Part shown: in pieces, positions 61,795 through 64,000 of the stretch
Layout: every line of letters starts with the position of its first letter
How positions within the stretch are numbered: the stretch's first letter is position 1
Assembly: GCA_000708835.1 (NCBI GenBank)
Contig: DF237070.1
Location: 122,701-186,700, forward strand
Source: Klebsormidium nitens
Taxonomy: Eukaryota; Plantae; Klebsormidiophyceae
Length of the DNA stretch: 64,000 bases
Reading direction: 5' to 3'
Translations under genes and position numbers: made by a program
Notes under the pieces: model-generated
What the model saw: the letters and a program-made list of their open reading frames with translations, nothing else
Told to the model about the DNA's origin: nothing
The model's database searches: none

Positions 61795-62102
61795 AACCCG
61801 CCGTTAACCAGGCGACAACCAGGGGTTAACGGATCTCCGGTTGACCCTCAACCCGCCCCGGTTGACGGTCAACCGTGCTCTGGTTGAAGTGTCAGTCAAC
61901 CGGACCTGTCCCGGTTGACGATCAACCGATCCTGGTTGACGTCAACCAGTCCTGGATGAGACCTCTCAACCAGGCCCTGCCCGGTTGACGGTCAACCAGC
62001 CCCCGGTTGAGGCCCGTCAACCAGGCCGGGTCTGGTTGGCGCCTGGAAGAGATTGGTTGGCGCCTGGTTGAGAGTCCTGGTTGAGTGTAGAAACGCCCTG
62101 TG
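61795..62102. repeat. Array of short hairpin palindromes GGTTGA-N(2-8)-TCAACC
   Basis: Examples: ggttgaccctcaacc, ggttgacggtcaacc (x2), ggttgacgatcaacc, ggttgacgtcaacc and ggttgaggcccgtcaacc. Confidence 0.88.
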
Positions 62103-63570
62103 ACGTACGGATGTCGGATTCGCCCAACCCGTTTTCGGCGCATACCTGACTTTATTCTGCTTCTCTTTCCTATCCACTAATGGCGCTTTGGCAGCTGTCT
62201 GCAGCGGCACTTTGACCGCTGGCTTTGCCGCTCTGAGGGGAGCCGTCCCGCTGGATTGCCCCCACTTCCTTCCGTAACCAAACGGTTGACTTGAAGAACA
62301 TGCTTTTCCGTTCGCACTCCTAATTGGCAACTTGTCGACCGAATGCATGCGCTGCGCTGCTTGCACGGTTGCACCACTTCGGCCGCTACCAACCGTCGCT
62401 GCGTCCATTGAAACCAAGCGTCTTCTACCCGGTTCGTTTTCGCTCTGCTCCAAACAGGTCGCTAAGTCGGTCCACGTCAGCAGCGGCCCAAGGGGGATCC
62501 CCCTCGCCTGCCCCGAGTGACTTTCTGTCGCCACTGCTTCGCGGGAAACACTTCCCGACGGCTCGACGCCTCCCGTCGAATCTCCGTCCGCCCACCGCAC
62601 TGAAGACCGGCCTTCCTTGCTGACTTCCGCTCTTTCAATCACAAGACCGATTCCTGATTCCGGCCCCTTCTGCTCCGTTCCTAAGGCCGGAAACCCCTTG
62701 CTTCCGCTCCTGAGGGCAGCCAGCTCCGCCCGCGCGTCCGCAATCTCTCGTTGGAGAAGTTCCGACGGGACAAGCACTGGACCATTCCGTTCCGGTCCCC
62801 TGAGGTCGTTCGGTGCTCCATATCACCCTCGGTCGAAATCTCGCCCGCCTTGGTTGCCAAAACCTGCCCGCCACTCACTTCTCTATTACTACCGCAGGTG
62901 ACAAGCTGCTGCGCTCCGTAGGCGGAACCGGAACCGGAATCGGGACCGGCGTCGATCTCAACTTGAGCAGCTCGCGGGTCGGCTGGGCGAACCTCTCTTG
63001 CAGGGCGGCCACGTCAGCAGCCGTCCCCGCTGACGCAGCTTTGACGGCTCCCTGTCAAGATGCGCAGCTTTTCTATGTCTACGCTATTGGGCTCCCAAAG
63101 CCCTCGGCAAACCTCTCGACGGGTTCGCTTAACCGGCGGGACTTACCCATGCCCTCACCTCGCCCGCTAAACCTGCTCCTGTGTTAGCAAACGGTGCATC
63201 GACTTGCCGCCGCGCCTGTGCCACAGCACGAAATTCTGCTCGCTGCAGCCTGAGGCTGTCGACTTGGGCTTTCAGCACAGCCACGCTTTCCTTCATACTT
63301 CATTTGCTGGATACACCCGAATTTAAAGACTCGATTTGCGCTGCCCTTTCCCCACCTTGGTTCTCACCCTTCTCAGTGCTTCGCAGGTCTGTAGGCTCAA
63401 GTCGAGTGACCAGCCGGTGTCTGGGGCGGCCAAGCTTTGCACTTTGGCAGCCTTCAAAAAGCTGAAGCCACTTGTCGCAAAGAACATGCAGTCGAAAGTC
63501 CGTTCTCGGATCCGGTTCCGTTTCCGTTCCCAAGACAGATCTTGCGCGAGCCGTCCGGCCTGCGTACACT
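62103..63570 (-). pseudogene. Diverged partial duplicate (copy 2) of the coiled-coil gene at 55442-56915
   Basis: Collinear similarity, e.g. LVPSELLQREIA(E/D)ARAELAALRSGSKGFPALGTEQKGPESG and APLVDRKEKQNKV.YAPK.GWANP. Several additional frameshifts. Confidence 0.88.
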
Positions 63571-63607
63571 CAAGTTTGATTCTCGATTGATACAGGAAGT
63601 TTTCGCA

Positions 63608-63970
63608 GCTAACCAGGCCTGGTTAGCACCCTGGTTAGGGCGCTAACCAGGGCGCTGACCAGGGTCTGGTTACATTCCCGTTTACCAGACCCTGGTCAGC
63701 GGGTTGACCAGGGTCTGGTCTAGATTTAACATGGGTCTGGTTAGATACAACCAGAGTCTGGTCTAGGGTCTGGTTAAGCCCTCAACCAGACGATGGGTAG
63801 GAATTAACCAGACTCTGGTCAAGCGGCAACCAGGGTGTGGTTAGATCTTAGCCACTGTGTGGTCAATTAGCGACCAGATGTCGGTTAATGGTCAACCAGA
63901 GTCTGGTACTCGGACAACCGGAGCCCTGGTTAAGTGGTGCAACACAGCCTGGTAAATCAGGCAACCAGGT
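63608..63970. repeat. Array of short palindromes built on ACCAG / CTGGT
   Basis: Perfect 18-bp palindrome ctaaccaggcctggttag at 63609-63626, followed by many accag(a/g)...ctggt units. Confidence 0.88.
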
Positions 63971-64000
63971 TCCAAGTGACAAACGCCTCCACAGAACAAT

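Overview
Eukaryotic, intron-rich nuclear DNA. The plant-type gene families, GT-AG introns and GC-rich exons suggest a streptophyte green alga, Klebsormidium-like; this is inferred from gene content and style, not from a search. No rRNA, tRNA or CRISPR array was seen. Hand-spliced genes in order: the 5' end of a plastid-targeted gene running off the left edge (-), a BSD-domain protein (-), a CA1P-phosphatase-like histidine phosphatase (+), a 21-exon MRE11 (-), DOMINO1/EMB514 DUF3223 (+), two poorly supported hypothetical loci, a sucrase/ferredoxin-like Fe-S protein (+), a DsbA/FrnE oxidoreductase (+), a large protein with a degenerate Rieske-like module and a C-terminal U-box (+), a frameshifted M43 pappalysin-family metalloprotease (+), and a frameshifted coiled-coil gene (-) with a partial second copy. 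The most unusual signals are: (1) five tandem duplications of exon/intron junctions in three genes, which leave decoy splice sites and in two cases possible in-frame extra modules; (2) the Rieske-relic plus U-box architecture; (3) a ~1.45 kb duplicated gene fragment bounded on both sides by arrays of short palindromes, resembling a gene-capturing foldback or Pack-type element; (4) an AT instead of GT donor at a conserved MRE11 intron. All exon models were built by eye and need RNA-seq confirmation.
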